NCBI RefSeq assembly: GCF_044704955.1
Contig: NC_092007.1
Span: 10,292,001-10,356,000, forward strand
Origin: Pristiophorus japonicus
Taxonomy: Eukaryota
Length of the DNA: 64,000 bases
Reading direction: 5' to 3'
The translations under genes were made by a program, and so were the position numbers. The notes beneath the pieces are model-generated. The model searched no databases, had not been told where the DNA came from, and worked only from the letters and a program-made list of their open reading frames with translations. Shown here piece after piece: positions 25,760-36,077 of this stretch (positions are counted from its first letter, which is position 1; each line of letters opens with the position of its first letter).

Positions 25760-27154
25760 ATACATTCCTTTAAGGCACAAAAGGCCCACAGGAAAAGTGG
25801 TCCAATCGTGGCTATCAAGAGAAGATAAAGATAGTATTAGATCAAAGGAAGAGGCTTATAATATTGCCAAAAAGAGCGGTAAGTCTGAGGATTGGGAGGA
25901 TTTTAGAATTCATCAAAGGCGGACCAAGAAAGTGATAAAAGGGAAAATAGAATATGAGAGTAAACTAGCAAGAGATGTAAAAACAGACGGTAAAAGCTTC
26001 TATAGGTATGTAAAAAGGAAAAGATTAGCAAAAGTAAATGTGGTTCCTTACATGCTGAGACAGGAGAAATTTTAATGGTGGAATAAGGAAATGGCAGAGA
26101 AATTAAACAAATACTTTGTGTCTGTCTTCATGGAAGAAGACACAACAAACCTCTCGGAAATAGTGGAGAACCAAGGGTCTAGCGAGAATGAATAAATGAA
26201 AGAAATTAGTTTTGGTAAAAAAATATAGTACTGGAGAAATTACTGGGACTGAACGCTGATAAATCCCCTGGACCTGATGGCCTGTGTCCTAGGGTTTTGA
26301 AAGAGGTGGCGATAGAGATGCATTGGTTGTCATCTTCCAAAATTGCACAGATTCTAGAATGGTTCCCGCAGATTGGAAGGTAGCTCATGTAACTGCGCTA
26401 TTTAAGAAAGGAGCGAGAGAGAAAACAGGGAATTACAGACCAGTTAGCCTGACATCAGTCATAAGGAAAATTATATATTATTAAGGACGTAGTAACAGAG
26501 CACTTAGAAAATAATAACAGGATTGGGCAGAGTCAACATGGATTTATGAAATGGACATCATGTTTGACAAATCTGTTAGTTTTTTGAGGTTGTAACTAGT
26601 AAAATAGATAAGGAGGAACCAGTAGATGTAGTATATTTTCAGAAGGCAATCGGTAAGGTGCCACACAAGAGGCTATTGAACAAAATTAGGTCTCATGGGA
26701 TAGCATGGATTGGTTAACAGACAGAAAACAGAGAGTAGGAATAAATGGGACATTTTCAGATTGGTCAGCTGGAACTAGTGGGGTACCGCAAGGATCAGTG
26801 CTTGGGCCCCAAATACTCGCAATCTATATCAATGATTTGGATGAGGGGACCAAATCTAACATATTGAAGTTTGCTGATGATACAAAGCCAGGTGGGAATG
26901 TAAGTTGTGAGGAGGATGCAAAGAGGCTTCAAGGGGATATAGACAGGCTAAGTGAGTGGGCAAGAACATGACAAATGGAATATAATGTGGAGAAATGTGA
27001 AATTATCCACTTTGGTCTGAAAAAACAGAAAAGCAAAGTATTTTTTAACGGTGAGAGATTGTGAAATGTTGGTCTTCGGAGGTACCTGGGTAGCCTTGTA
27101 CACGAATCACTAAAAGTTAAAATGTAGGCACAGCAAGCAATTAAGAAAGCAAAT

Positions 27155-27399
27155 TAATACGTCCTTACTACACAGTATAAATGCACACAAGGCCCATGCT
27201 TGAGAGAAGGTCAGTCTGTGGCCTGTCCTTTATTTCATAGCACTCAAGTGCAGGAAGTGGGTGGAGCTTCCTCTTTTATATCTAAAGGTCTAGGTTAGGA
27301 GTGTCTCATACAAGTTCACCATCTAGTGGTCATTGTTCTCACAGTGTACAACTTAGATCGGATTATACATGGGTTACAATGCTAGTTAAATACATGACA
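27155..27399 (-). mobile_element. Solo LTR (245 bp)
   Basis: Interrupts CR1; 5-bp TSD CAAAT at 27150-27154 and 27400-27404; minus strand starts TGTCATG and contains TATAAAA then AATAAA. Confidence 0.75.
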
Positions 27400-28244
27400 C
27401 AAATGGTATGTTGGACTTTATTAGAAGAGGATTTGAGTATAAGCGTCAAGACATCTTAGTGCAATTTGTATAGGGCCCTGGTGAGACCACACCTGGAGTA
27501 TTGTGCACAGTTTGGGTCTCCTTACCTAAGGAAGGATATACTTGTCATAGAGGGAGTGCAGCGAAGGTTCACCAGACTGATTCCTGGGATGCGGGGATTA
27601 TCCTATGAGGAGAGATTGAGTAGTTTAGAAGAATGAGAGGTGATCTCATTGAAACATACAAAATTCTTACAGGATTTGACAGGGTAGATGTAGGGAGGAT
27701 GTTTCCCCTGGGCTGGGGAGTCGAGAACAAGGATCACAGTCTCAGAATAAGGGGGCAGCCATTTAGGACTGAGATGAGGAGGAATTTCTTCACTCAGAGG
27801 GGGGTGAATCTTTGGAATTCTCTACCCCAGAAGGCTGTGGAGGCTCAGTCAGCAATCAATAGATTTTTGAATATTAAGGGAATCAAGGGATATGGCACAA
27901 TGCAGGAAAGTGGATTTGAGGTGGAAGATCAGACATGATCTTATTGAATGGCGGAGCAGCTCGAGGGGCCGAATGGCCTACTCCTGCTCCTAACGCTTAT
28001 TTGTTCACGGGACGTGTGCGTCACTGGCAAGACCACCATTTATTGCCCATCCCCACTTGCTGGTGAGCCGCTGCAGTCCGTATGGCGACACCCCTTTGTG
28101 GCGGGTTGGTACAACTTCGAGGGCAGAAAAGATTCAACTACATTGCTGTGGGTCTGGAGTCACGTATAGTCCAGACCGGGTAAGGGCGGCAGATTTCCTT
28201 CCCTAAAGGACATTAGTGAACCAGATGGGTTTTTAACGACACGA

Positions 28245-28570
28245 CTTCCCTTTCATAGAACCATGGTTGGCTCTACCTAATCATGTTATGATTTTCTAAA
28301 TGCCCTGATACCACTTCCTTACCGATGGATTCCAGCATTTTCCCGACAACTGATGTCAGGCTAACGTCTCTGTAGTTCCTGGTTTTCTCTCTCCTTCCTT
28401 TCTTGAACGCATTTATGGCTACATTTGATCCCTTCCAATCCGCTCGGACCATTCTTGAATCTAGAGAATTTTGGAAGATGACAACCAATGCTCTATCTCT
28501 GCAGCCACCTCTTTTAGAACTCCAGATGCTGGCCATCAGGTCCAGGGCATTTGTTTCTCAAGTACTTTTT
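28245..28570 (-). mobile_element. CR1 RT fragment
   Basis: NYRDVSLTSVVGKMLES on minus strand. Confidence 0.8.
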
Positions 28571-28849
28571 CTCTACTGTTACTTTTATGTTCTCGCTGTC
28601 ATTAGCCCCTTGGTTCCCCACTATTGTTGGAATCCAGGAAGCCTAGGATCCTGTGGGAATACACTCCACGGGTGGATGTAGGTTGTTGGGAATGATGCTG
28701 CTCGGGGTAACTCTGGAAAACTTCCATTCTACCCTCAAAGTTAATGCAATCCTGTTGGATATTTCCCTCTGCCAACCCTGTTCATGATCCTTCCTGATCA
28801 GTTTGACCCCAGTCTCGTTCCTCCCTGGTTGTGTTTCATCCCGGCCTGC

Positions 28850-29365
28850 AAGACCATCAGCAGGCCGGGGCCACTGGAGGGAGCAGCGTGTGGCGGTATA
28901 CCACTGCAGGGAGCAGCGCATGCTGCTGCAGGGGGGGCGCTGATTGCAGTGCGGGCAGACACAGCAGGAGGGGCGAAGGAGCGGCAAGAATCTGTAAAGG
29001 GAAGTAACCGGGGCCCAGGAGAGATGTGAATATGGGGCCCAGAAGAGGCGAGGGCCCAGGGGCAGCACGGGGCAGCCCACACTGTGCGATATGTGTGCGC
29101 GCTCGGTCCGTGCAGCAGAGCTGGTCTCCAGTCGTCCTGGTTAACTCTTGCCACTGGACCAAGACCTCGCTCTGTCAAGCCTGTGTGGTGGCTGGTGTGT
29201 AACGGTCACCACATGTTAAAAAATCCACCCACAGGCATCTTCCACCCTTCACGATGTAGTTCGGGATCTGGAATATTAGGTCCTTCATTGAAACATCTGT
29301 GAACTCATCCCTTTTTGGCATGGAAGCAAGTCATCCTCGCTTTGAGGGACTGCCTATGATGATGA
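28850..29365 (+). mobile_element. Non-coding element sharing the RTE 3' end (RTE-dependent SINE-like)
   Basis: Ends GGAAGCAAGTC...GAGGGACTGCCTATGATGATGAT like the RTE copies but has an unrelated GC-rich body; second copy at 33218-33534(-). Confidence 0.65.
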
Positions 29366-29429
29366 TAAAGTCTTTGAACATTTTTGCAGTTTGTTTCACA
29401 CAATACTAAACACACGATGTTTTCTTTAG

Positions 29430-29468
29430 AGCGAGCCCGTTCACCTGGACCGAACACGCCCGCACCAG
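29430..29468 (+). CDS. Pro-rich linker mini-exon (ERARSPGPNTPAP/G)
   Basis: Acceptor gttttctttAG, donor CAG/GTAAAT, 39 nt, phase 1-1, in a small non-repeat island between V1 and V2. Confidence 0.65.
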
Positions 29469-29499
29469 GTAAATCTGTTTCTAATCTACTGCATGTGTT

Positions 29500-30780
29500 T
29501 CCAGCTCTTGTATTTGTTCTTTGAGGAAGTAGCGAACAGGGTGGGTAAGGGGGAACCAGTGAATGTGGGGTATGTGAATTTCCAGAAAATATTCGGTAAG
29601 ATGCCACATAAAAGGTTACTGCCCAAGATAAGAGCTTACGGGATTGGGGGTAATATATTAGCATGGATAGAGGATTGGCTAACTAATAGAAAACAGAGAA
29701 TCGGGATAAATGGATAATTTTCCAGTTGGTAAACTGTAACTAGTGGGGTGCCACAGGGATCAGTGCTGGGGCGTCAAATATTTACAATCTAAATTAATGA
29801 CTTGGATGAAGGGACCGAGTGTAATGCACCAAGTTTGCTGATGATACAAAGATGGGTGGGAAAGCAAGTTGTGAGGAGGACACAAAAAATTTGCAAAGGG
29901 ATATAGACAGGCTAAGTGAATGGGCAAAAATTTGGCTGATGGAATTTAATGTGGGAAAATGTGAGGTTATCCACTTTGGCAGGAAAAATAAAAAAGCACA
30001 TTATTATTTAAATGAAGAGAAATTAGAGAATTTTGCAGTACAGAGGGACCTGGGGGACCTTGTGCATGAAACATAAAGTTAGTGTGCAGGTATAGCAAGT
30101 GATCAGGAAGGCAAATGGAATCTTGGCCTTTATTGCAAGGGATATAGAGTATAAAAGCAGAGAAGTCCTGCTACAACTGTACAGGGTATTGGTGAGGCCA
30201 CACCTGGAGTACTGCATACAGATTTGGTCTCCTTATTTAAGGAGGGATATACTTGCATTGGAGGCAGTTCAGAGAAAGTTCACTCGGTTGATTCCTGAGA
30301 TGAAGGGGTTGACTTATGAGCAGGTTGGGCCTATACTCATTGGAGTTTAGAAGAATGAGAGGTGATCTTATTGAAACAAATACAATACTGAGGGGGCTCG
30401 ACAAGGTGCAGAGGATGTTTTCCCTGAAGAAGATAGATGCAGAGAGGATGTTTTCCCTCGTGGGGGAATCTAGAACTAGGGGGCATAGTTTCAGAAGAAG
30501 GCGTCTCCCATTTAGACCTGAGATGAGGAGGAATTTCTTCTCTCTGAGGGTTGTAAATCTGTGAAATTCTCTGCCCCTGAGAGCTGTGGAGGCTGGGACA
30601 TTGAATATATTTAAGGTGGAGATAGACAGATTTTTAAAGTTAAGGGAGTGAAGGGTTATGGGGAGCGGGCAGGGAAATGGAGCTGAGCCCAAGATCAGAT
30701 CAACCATGGTCTTATTAAATGGCGGAGCAAGCTCGAGGGGCCAAATGGCCTACTCCTGCTCCTATTCCTTATGTTCTTAT
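29500..30780 (+). mobile_element. CR1 RT and 3' fragment
   Basis: PHKRLL, LVRPHLEYC, TTATGTTCTTAT tail. Confidence 0.92.
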
Positions 30781-31327
30781 ACTGATCATGCTAAATAGAC
30801 GGGGAGTAACGCTGGAAGGTTTGAAAAGCTGTTTGATATTGTGCCAAAGACCGATTCTGTGAGTGAGTGGTGTGGATCACCGTTACCTGGAACCGTTCCT
30901 TAAACTACCTGCAACTGTTATTTCTGCTTCTGAGCCTCCCCTTCCTGTCCCTCAGTTACTGAACACTGAGGATTCCCGCTTCCCACCAGCATTAGTGTTT
31001 CTGGAAGTCTGTGGGGAAGTCCGAACCATCCTGTCGGGAATCTGACGGGATTGGGAGCAACGCTGGCTGACATCACCGGAGAGTAATATTGTCCCGGGTG
31101 TGAAACCAGCGTTCCACCCGATCCCGAGCAAAGAGTGACAGAAGAATGATGCTGCCTTACACGGGACTTGTCATTATAAATAGTACAGGCCTGAGCTTCA
31201 GTCTTCCCACAGAGATGGTCAGAGCTACTCGTAAATTGAGTATCGCAGTGTAACTGTGTGAAGCTTGAAATGTACTGTACCCGCAGGGAGGTTCTATCTG
31301 TGGATAAATACTTTGAATCTTTTCCAG

Positions 31328-31672
31328 GTTCTTCACCTGTCACAGTTTCTGGGTCCGTTGGGGGGCAGGTTGTGCTGCCCTGTACCTACAAAGGGAACGT
31401 CCCAGTCCCAGATTTACAAGTACTCTGGCAAATACCCGGGCGTGAAGTTGTCCACAGGTTTGTCGGTGGGAGCGATGATTTGACAGAGCAAGACCCGCAG
31501 TTCAGAGAGAGAACCAACCTCTTCAAAGACCAACTGGAACACGGTAACTGGTCAGTTATGCTCTCTGACCTCAGGGAGTCCGACCAGAACACGTTTGAGT
31601 GTCACATGCTCAGGTTGATGCGTACGCGCTTTTGTTGGGAGCAAGGTGTCTCAGTCCGTCTCTCTGTCACAG
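31328..31672 (+). CDS. Ig V-set exon 2, duplicate of exon 1
   Basis: Same splice sites and 345-nt length; VVLPCTYKG...QDPQFRERTNLFKDQLEHGNWSVMLSDLR...FEC. Confidence 0.93.
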
Positions 31673-32731
31673 GTGAGAGATTTCTGTTTCAGGGTTTCTG
31701 CATTGATCAGGAGTCTATCACCAATGTTATGGGTACGGTAATGCAGGGGTTATGTTACTGGACAAGTAATCCAGAGGTCTGGACTCACAATCCAGAGAAG
31801 GCGAGTTCAAATCCCACCACGCCACTTCGAGAACGTGAGAATAAATCTGGAAATACAAAATTGGTTCCAATAAAAGTGACCTTGAAGCTGTTGGATTGGC
31901 TTAAAACCCAACGGGTTCACTAATGTCCTTCAGGGAAGGAAACCTGCCGTCTTTACCCGGTCTGGTCTACATGTGACTCCAGTCCCACACCAATGTGGTT
32001 GGACCTTTCACGGCCCCCTGATGTAGCCCAGCAAGCCAATCCGTTGCATCAAACCACTAGAAAGAAGCCACATTTTACTGAACAACCCAGACATCGAACC
32101 AGGACACAGCAAAGGCAAACCCAGCCCAGTCGACACTGCAAAGTCCTCCTCATGAACATCTGGGGACTTGCGCCCAAGTTGGGAGAGCTGTGTGACATAG
32201 TCATACTCCCAGAATCAACCCTACATCCCAGCCTGCTCCATCACCATCCCTGTCCCACCGACAGGACAGACCCAAGGGTGGGGACACAGTGGTATACAGT
32301 CGGGTGGGAGTGGCCCCGGGAGTCCTCAACATTGAAGACAATGGAGAGTAGAATTGTCCCGGGTGTGAACCCGGCGTTCCACCTGATCGCGTGACTTTCC
32401 CGACCCGCAAATGAGTTTAAAATTCCCCCCTATTCCAGCGGGCTGTTGGGTTAAATTGTAGGGAGGCTGCTCATGGTCAGTGTTCAGATATCTCTATCGG
32501 AAAGCCTGTATCGATCACATTGTGGGGCAGTGTGTGTGTGTGTGCAAGGAGCTGTGGGATGGCCTGGTGTGTGAGATTATTGGAATCTAACCTCTCACAT
32601 CCCTCCCGGGCTAGAATTGACCAGGGATCTATTTGTGCTGGGGATGGTTCTGAAGCACTCGGTGCTGAAGGTCTCCGCTGTTAGCTTTGTGAGTGTGTTC
32701 CAATCTGTTAACGGCTTCATTCTGTCTCTAG

Positions 32732-32828
32732 ATCCTGGGTGCTCTAGCGAAGGAATCGTTGGATTGGGAATCGGGATTCCTCTTCTTCTTGTTGTTGTAA
32801 TTGGGGATTAGGTGAACCGACACCGACA
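32732..32828 (+). CDS. Transmembrane exon with in-frame TAG (DPGCSSEGIVGLGIGIPLLLVVVIGD*VNRHR)
   Basis: Acceptor tctgtctctAG phase 1; hydrophobic stretch; TAG at 32809-32811; basic RHR then GTGAGT donor. Confidence 0.75.
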
Positions 32829-32940
32829 GTGAGTTCGAGAATAGTTTTGTTCTATTAAAGATGTTGTGTGCACCGATACACTTTGAGCTGTGTGGGATTC
32901 TGTTAACATAACCTGCACTTTGCTGGTTTCTCTCTCCTAG

Positions 32941-32971
32941 GACACACAATAGAGATTCCAGCAATCTGTAA
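32941..32971 (+). CDS. Candidate cytoplasmic tail exon (QTHNRDSSNL*)
   Basis: Strong acceptor tttctctctcctAG; frame assumes the donor after 32828. Confidence 0.55.
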
Positions 32972-33217
32972 AAAGGGACTGCACTGTGCCTGGGTCAAGG
33001 AGGGGCAGATCAGCCCGGTATTGTGCTCATTGTTGAATCATAGAACAGTGCAGTACAGAAGGAGGCCATCCTATGGAGTGACTCCTGGTGGAAAGTCTGA
33101 GCTCAGCATTGGGATCAGCAGTCACTTCCCACTCTGACCAGCACAGTCTCCACAGAGAGAAGCTCCCAATGGAAGTGTTGTCCCTTTACTGCAAAACTGT
33201 CCGATCGGTGTTTTAGT

Positions 33218-33534
33218 CTCATCATCATAGACAGTCCCTCGGAATTAGGATAACTTGCTTCCACGCTGAAAAGGGATGAGTTTGCAGGTGCTTCAATGAA
33301 TATTCCAGATCCCGAACTACATCCTGATGGTTGGAAGATACCTGTGGGTGGATTTTTTTTAACGTGTGGTGACCGTTGCACACCAGCCACCACACGGGCT
33401 TGACAGAGCAAGGTCTCGGTCCAGTGGCAAGGGTTAACCAGGATGACTGGAGACCTGCTCTGCTGCACGGACCCAGTGCGCGCACATATCGCAGTGTGAG
33501 CTGGTCCATGCTGCCCCTCGGCCCGCACCTTTCC
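33218..33534 (-). mobile_element. RTE-dependent SINE-like element, second copy
   Basis: Reverse-complement match to about 29050-29365. Confidence 0.7.
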
Positions 33535-34188
33535 TGGGCCCCGAACTCTCGCCTCTCCCGGGCCCCGAACTCTCGCCTCTCCTGGGCCCCGAACTCTCGC
33601 CTCTCCTGGGCCCCGAACTCTCGCCTCTCCTGGGCCCCGAACTCTCGCCTCTCCTGGGCCCAGAACTCTCGCCTCTCCCGGGCCCCGAACTCTCGCCTCT
33701 CCCGGGCCCCGAACTCTCGCCTCTCCCGGGCCCCGAACTCTCGCTTCTCCCGGGCCCCGAACTCTCGCCTCTCCTGGGCCCCGAACTCTCGCCTCTCCCG
33801 GGCCCCGAACTCTCGCCTCTCCCGGGCCCCGAACTCTCGCCTCTCCCGGGCCCCGAACTCTCGCCTCTCCCGGGCCCCGAACTCTCGCCTCTCCCGGGCC
33901 CCGAACTCTCGCCTCTCCCGGGCCCCGAACTCTCGCCTCTCCTGGGCCCCGAACTCTCGCTCCTCCCGGGCCCCGAACTCTCGCCTCTCCTGGGCCCCGA
34001 ACTCTCGCCTCTACCGGGCCCTGAACTCTCGCCTCTCCCGGGCCCCGAACTCTCGCCTCTCCCGGGCCCCGAACTCTCGCTCCTCCCGGGCCCCGAACTC
34101 TCGCCTCTCACGGGCCCCGAACTCTCGCCTCTCCCGGGCCCCGAACTCTCGCCTCTCCCGTGCCCCGAACTCTCGCCTCTCCTGGGCC
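33535..34188. repeat. 24-bp minisatellite, about 27 units
   Basis: Unit GGGCCCCGAACTCTCGCCTCTCCY. Confidence 0.97.
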
Positions 34189-35574
34189 ACAGTGGGGAAT
34201 GTGGGAAGAGGCTTCCGAACCTCCCCCTGCAGCATCACCCACTTGGCAGCGCCAGCAACTGCATTATTGCCAGCAACTGCTTGAAATACAGGGTTTATAT
34301 TCTAGATGTTGCACATACTGAAACTGGCTAAAAATTACGCATTTATATCCTATATACTTGAAGTTTTCAATGTACGATTAAAGAGAAGCCAGTCTTCGTA
34401 ATGTTCAGTGGATGTGTAGAATCACAGAAGGATACAGCAGACACGGAGGCCTATCTATAAACCTAAGGACCATTGGCTTTTAATGATTTGTCAATCTTGC
34501 ACACCCAAATCTGTCTGCTCTCCAGTTCCTCGTCTCTCACTGTTTTATATACAGAAGTTGTATTCTAAATATTGTATATATGTCTTGACATGACTGACAC
34601 TGGCTTAGTGAGTAAAAATTGTGTGTGTGCATATACATATATAAAGATATTTTTATTTCTATTTGTGTGTGTCAGTTTTGTATATGTAGGTTTTGCAGCT
34701 AAAATTGTGTGTGTGTGTGTATAACAGATAGAGAGATCATATATACCCGGATTTTCCGGAGCGTATGTAAACCCTACAAGTTTGGGTTTTTCACATGCAA
34801 AGCACATGCACGAAACCCCGGTACTTGCGATCTGCCAAGAATGTTGTTGACAGATCGTAGCCACCCCCAGGAAAGGGCATTCACGGACGGAGAGTTGGAC
34901 TATTTGCTCAACGGCTGTCCGGCAGAAGAGTGTAAATGAATATAAAATAATTTAAATTATTCCGTACAGAATCCCCATAACCATGAATGGAGATCCCCTT
35001 TAATTGGTTGGGCCGGCCCACGTGATCCCAGGGGAGCTTGCGAACTGCCTGCGCCCCTGGGTCTCTACGCAGGCCGACACGTAGAGCCCAGGAGCGCGAG
35101 TCCACGTGGATCCTGAGGCACCAGGTCGGCGCGGATTTTATTGGCGGATCGGAGGCATTTCCCCGCGGGAAGCCTCTGACCGCAAATTCAGGCCCATTGT
35201 ATACAAATAAATGTATATAATGTGTCTATCTCTCTCCTGTAAAGTCGAATGTCACTTTTCTATATGTACATTTGAAGCTGTGATTAAAGAGCAGACATGT
35301 TTATCCAAGTGAATGTACCGTCTGGTTATGTTTATGGACAGAAAGCAGATTAACGGTGAACGGTTGTTGTTCAGACTGGAGGGAGGTACACAGTGGTGTC
35401 CAAGGGGTTGCTGTTGGGATCACTGCTCTTTTGATGTATATTAATGACCTGGACTTGGGTATATGGAGCATCATTTCAACGTTTGCAGATGAGACAGGAC
35501 TCGGAAATGTAATAAGTAGCGAGGTGGGACAGGAACAGACTTCAAGAGGTTCAAGATTGAGAGTGACTGAATCA

Positions 35575-36075
35575 AAGAATGGAATCATAGACATTTACAG
35601 CACACAAGGTGGCCATTTGGCCCATTGTGTCCGTGCCGGCCGACAAAGAGCTATCCAGCCTAATCCCACCTTCCAGCTCTTGGTCCGTAGCCCTGCAGGT
35701 TACTGCACTTCAAGTGCATAGACAATTGCTTTTTAAATGTGGTGAGGGTTTCTGCCTCTACCACCCTTTCAGGCAGTGAGTTCCAGACCCCCAGCACCCT
35801 CTGGATCAACTCCCCTCTAATCCTTCACCAATTACTTTAAATCTAAGCCCCCTGGATGTTGACCCTTCTGCTTAGAGAAACAGGTCCTTCCTATCCACTC
35901 TATCCAGCCCCTCATAATTTTATACACCTCAATCAGGTCTCCCCTCAGCCTCCTCTGTTCCAAAGAAAACAACCCCAGCCTATCCAATCTTTCCTCGTAG
36001 CTAAAATTCTCAAATCCTCGCAACATCCTTGCAAATCTCCTCTGTACCCTCTCTAGTGCAATCACTTCTTCCTGT
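35575..36075 (-). mobile_element. CR1 3' fragment
   Basis: ALERVQRRF...LEQRRLRGDLIEVYKIM on minus strand. Confidence 0.85.
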
Positions 36076-36077
36076 CA

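Larger units (their letters stand above)
21740..28005 (+). mobile_element. Old CR1 ORF2 host carrying three nested insertions
   Basis: Collinear pieces 21740-21841, 22497-22702, 25760-27154 and 27400-28005 running from endonuclease to 3' end. Confidence 0.85.

Noticed and set aside
20962-31672. Rearranging Ig/TCR V segments
   Set aside because: Both V exons include the G strand and end in GT donors; no heptamer-nonamer RSS follows them; motifs are B7/BTN-like
33376-34284. 302-aa RAPNSRLS repeat ORF
   Set aside because: Product of the 24-bp minisatellite
34860-35196. Possible Myb/SANT fragment (ERAFTDGELDYLL) and TIR-like end of a Harbinger derivative
   Set aside because: Too short, and no matching second terminus identified
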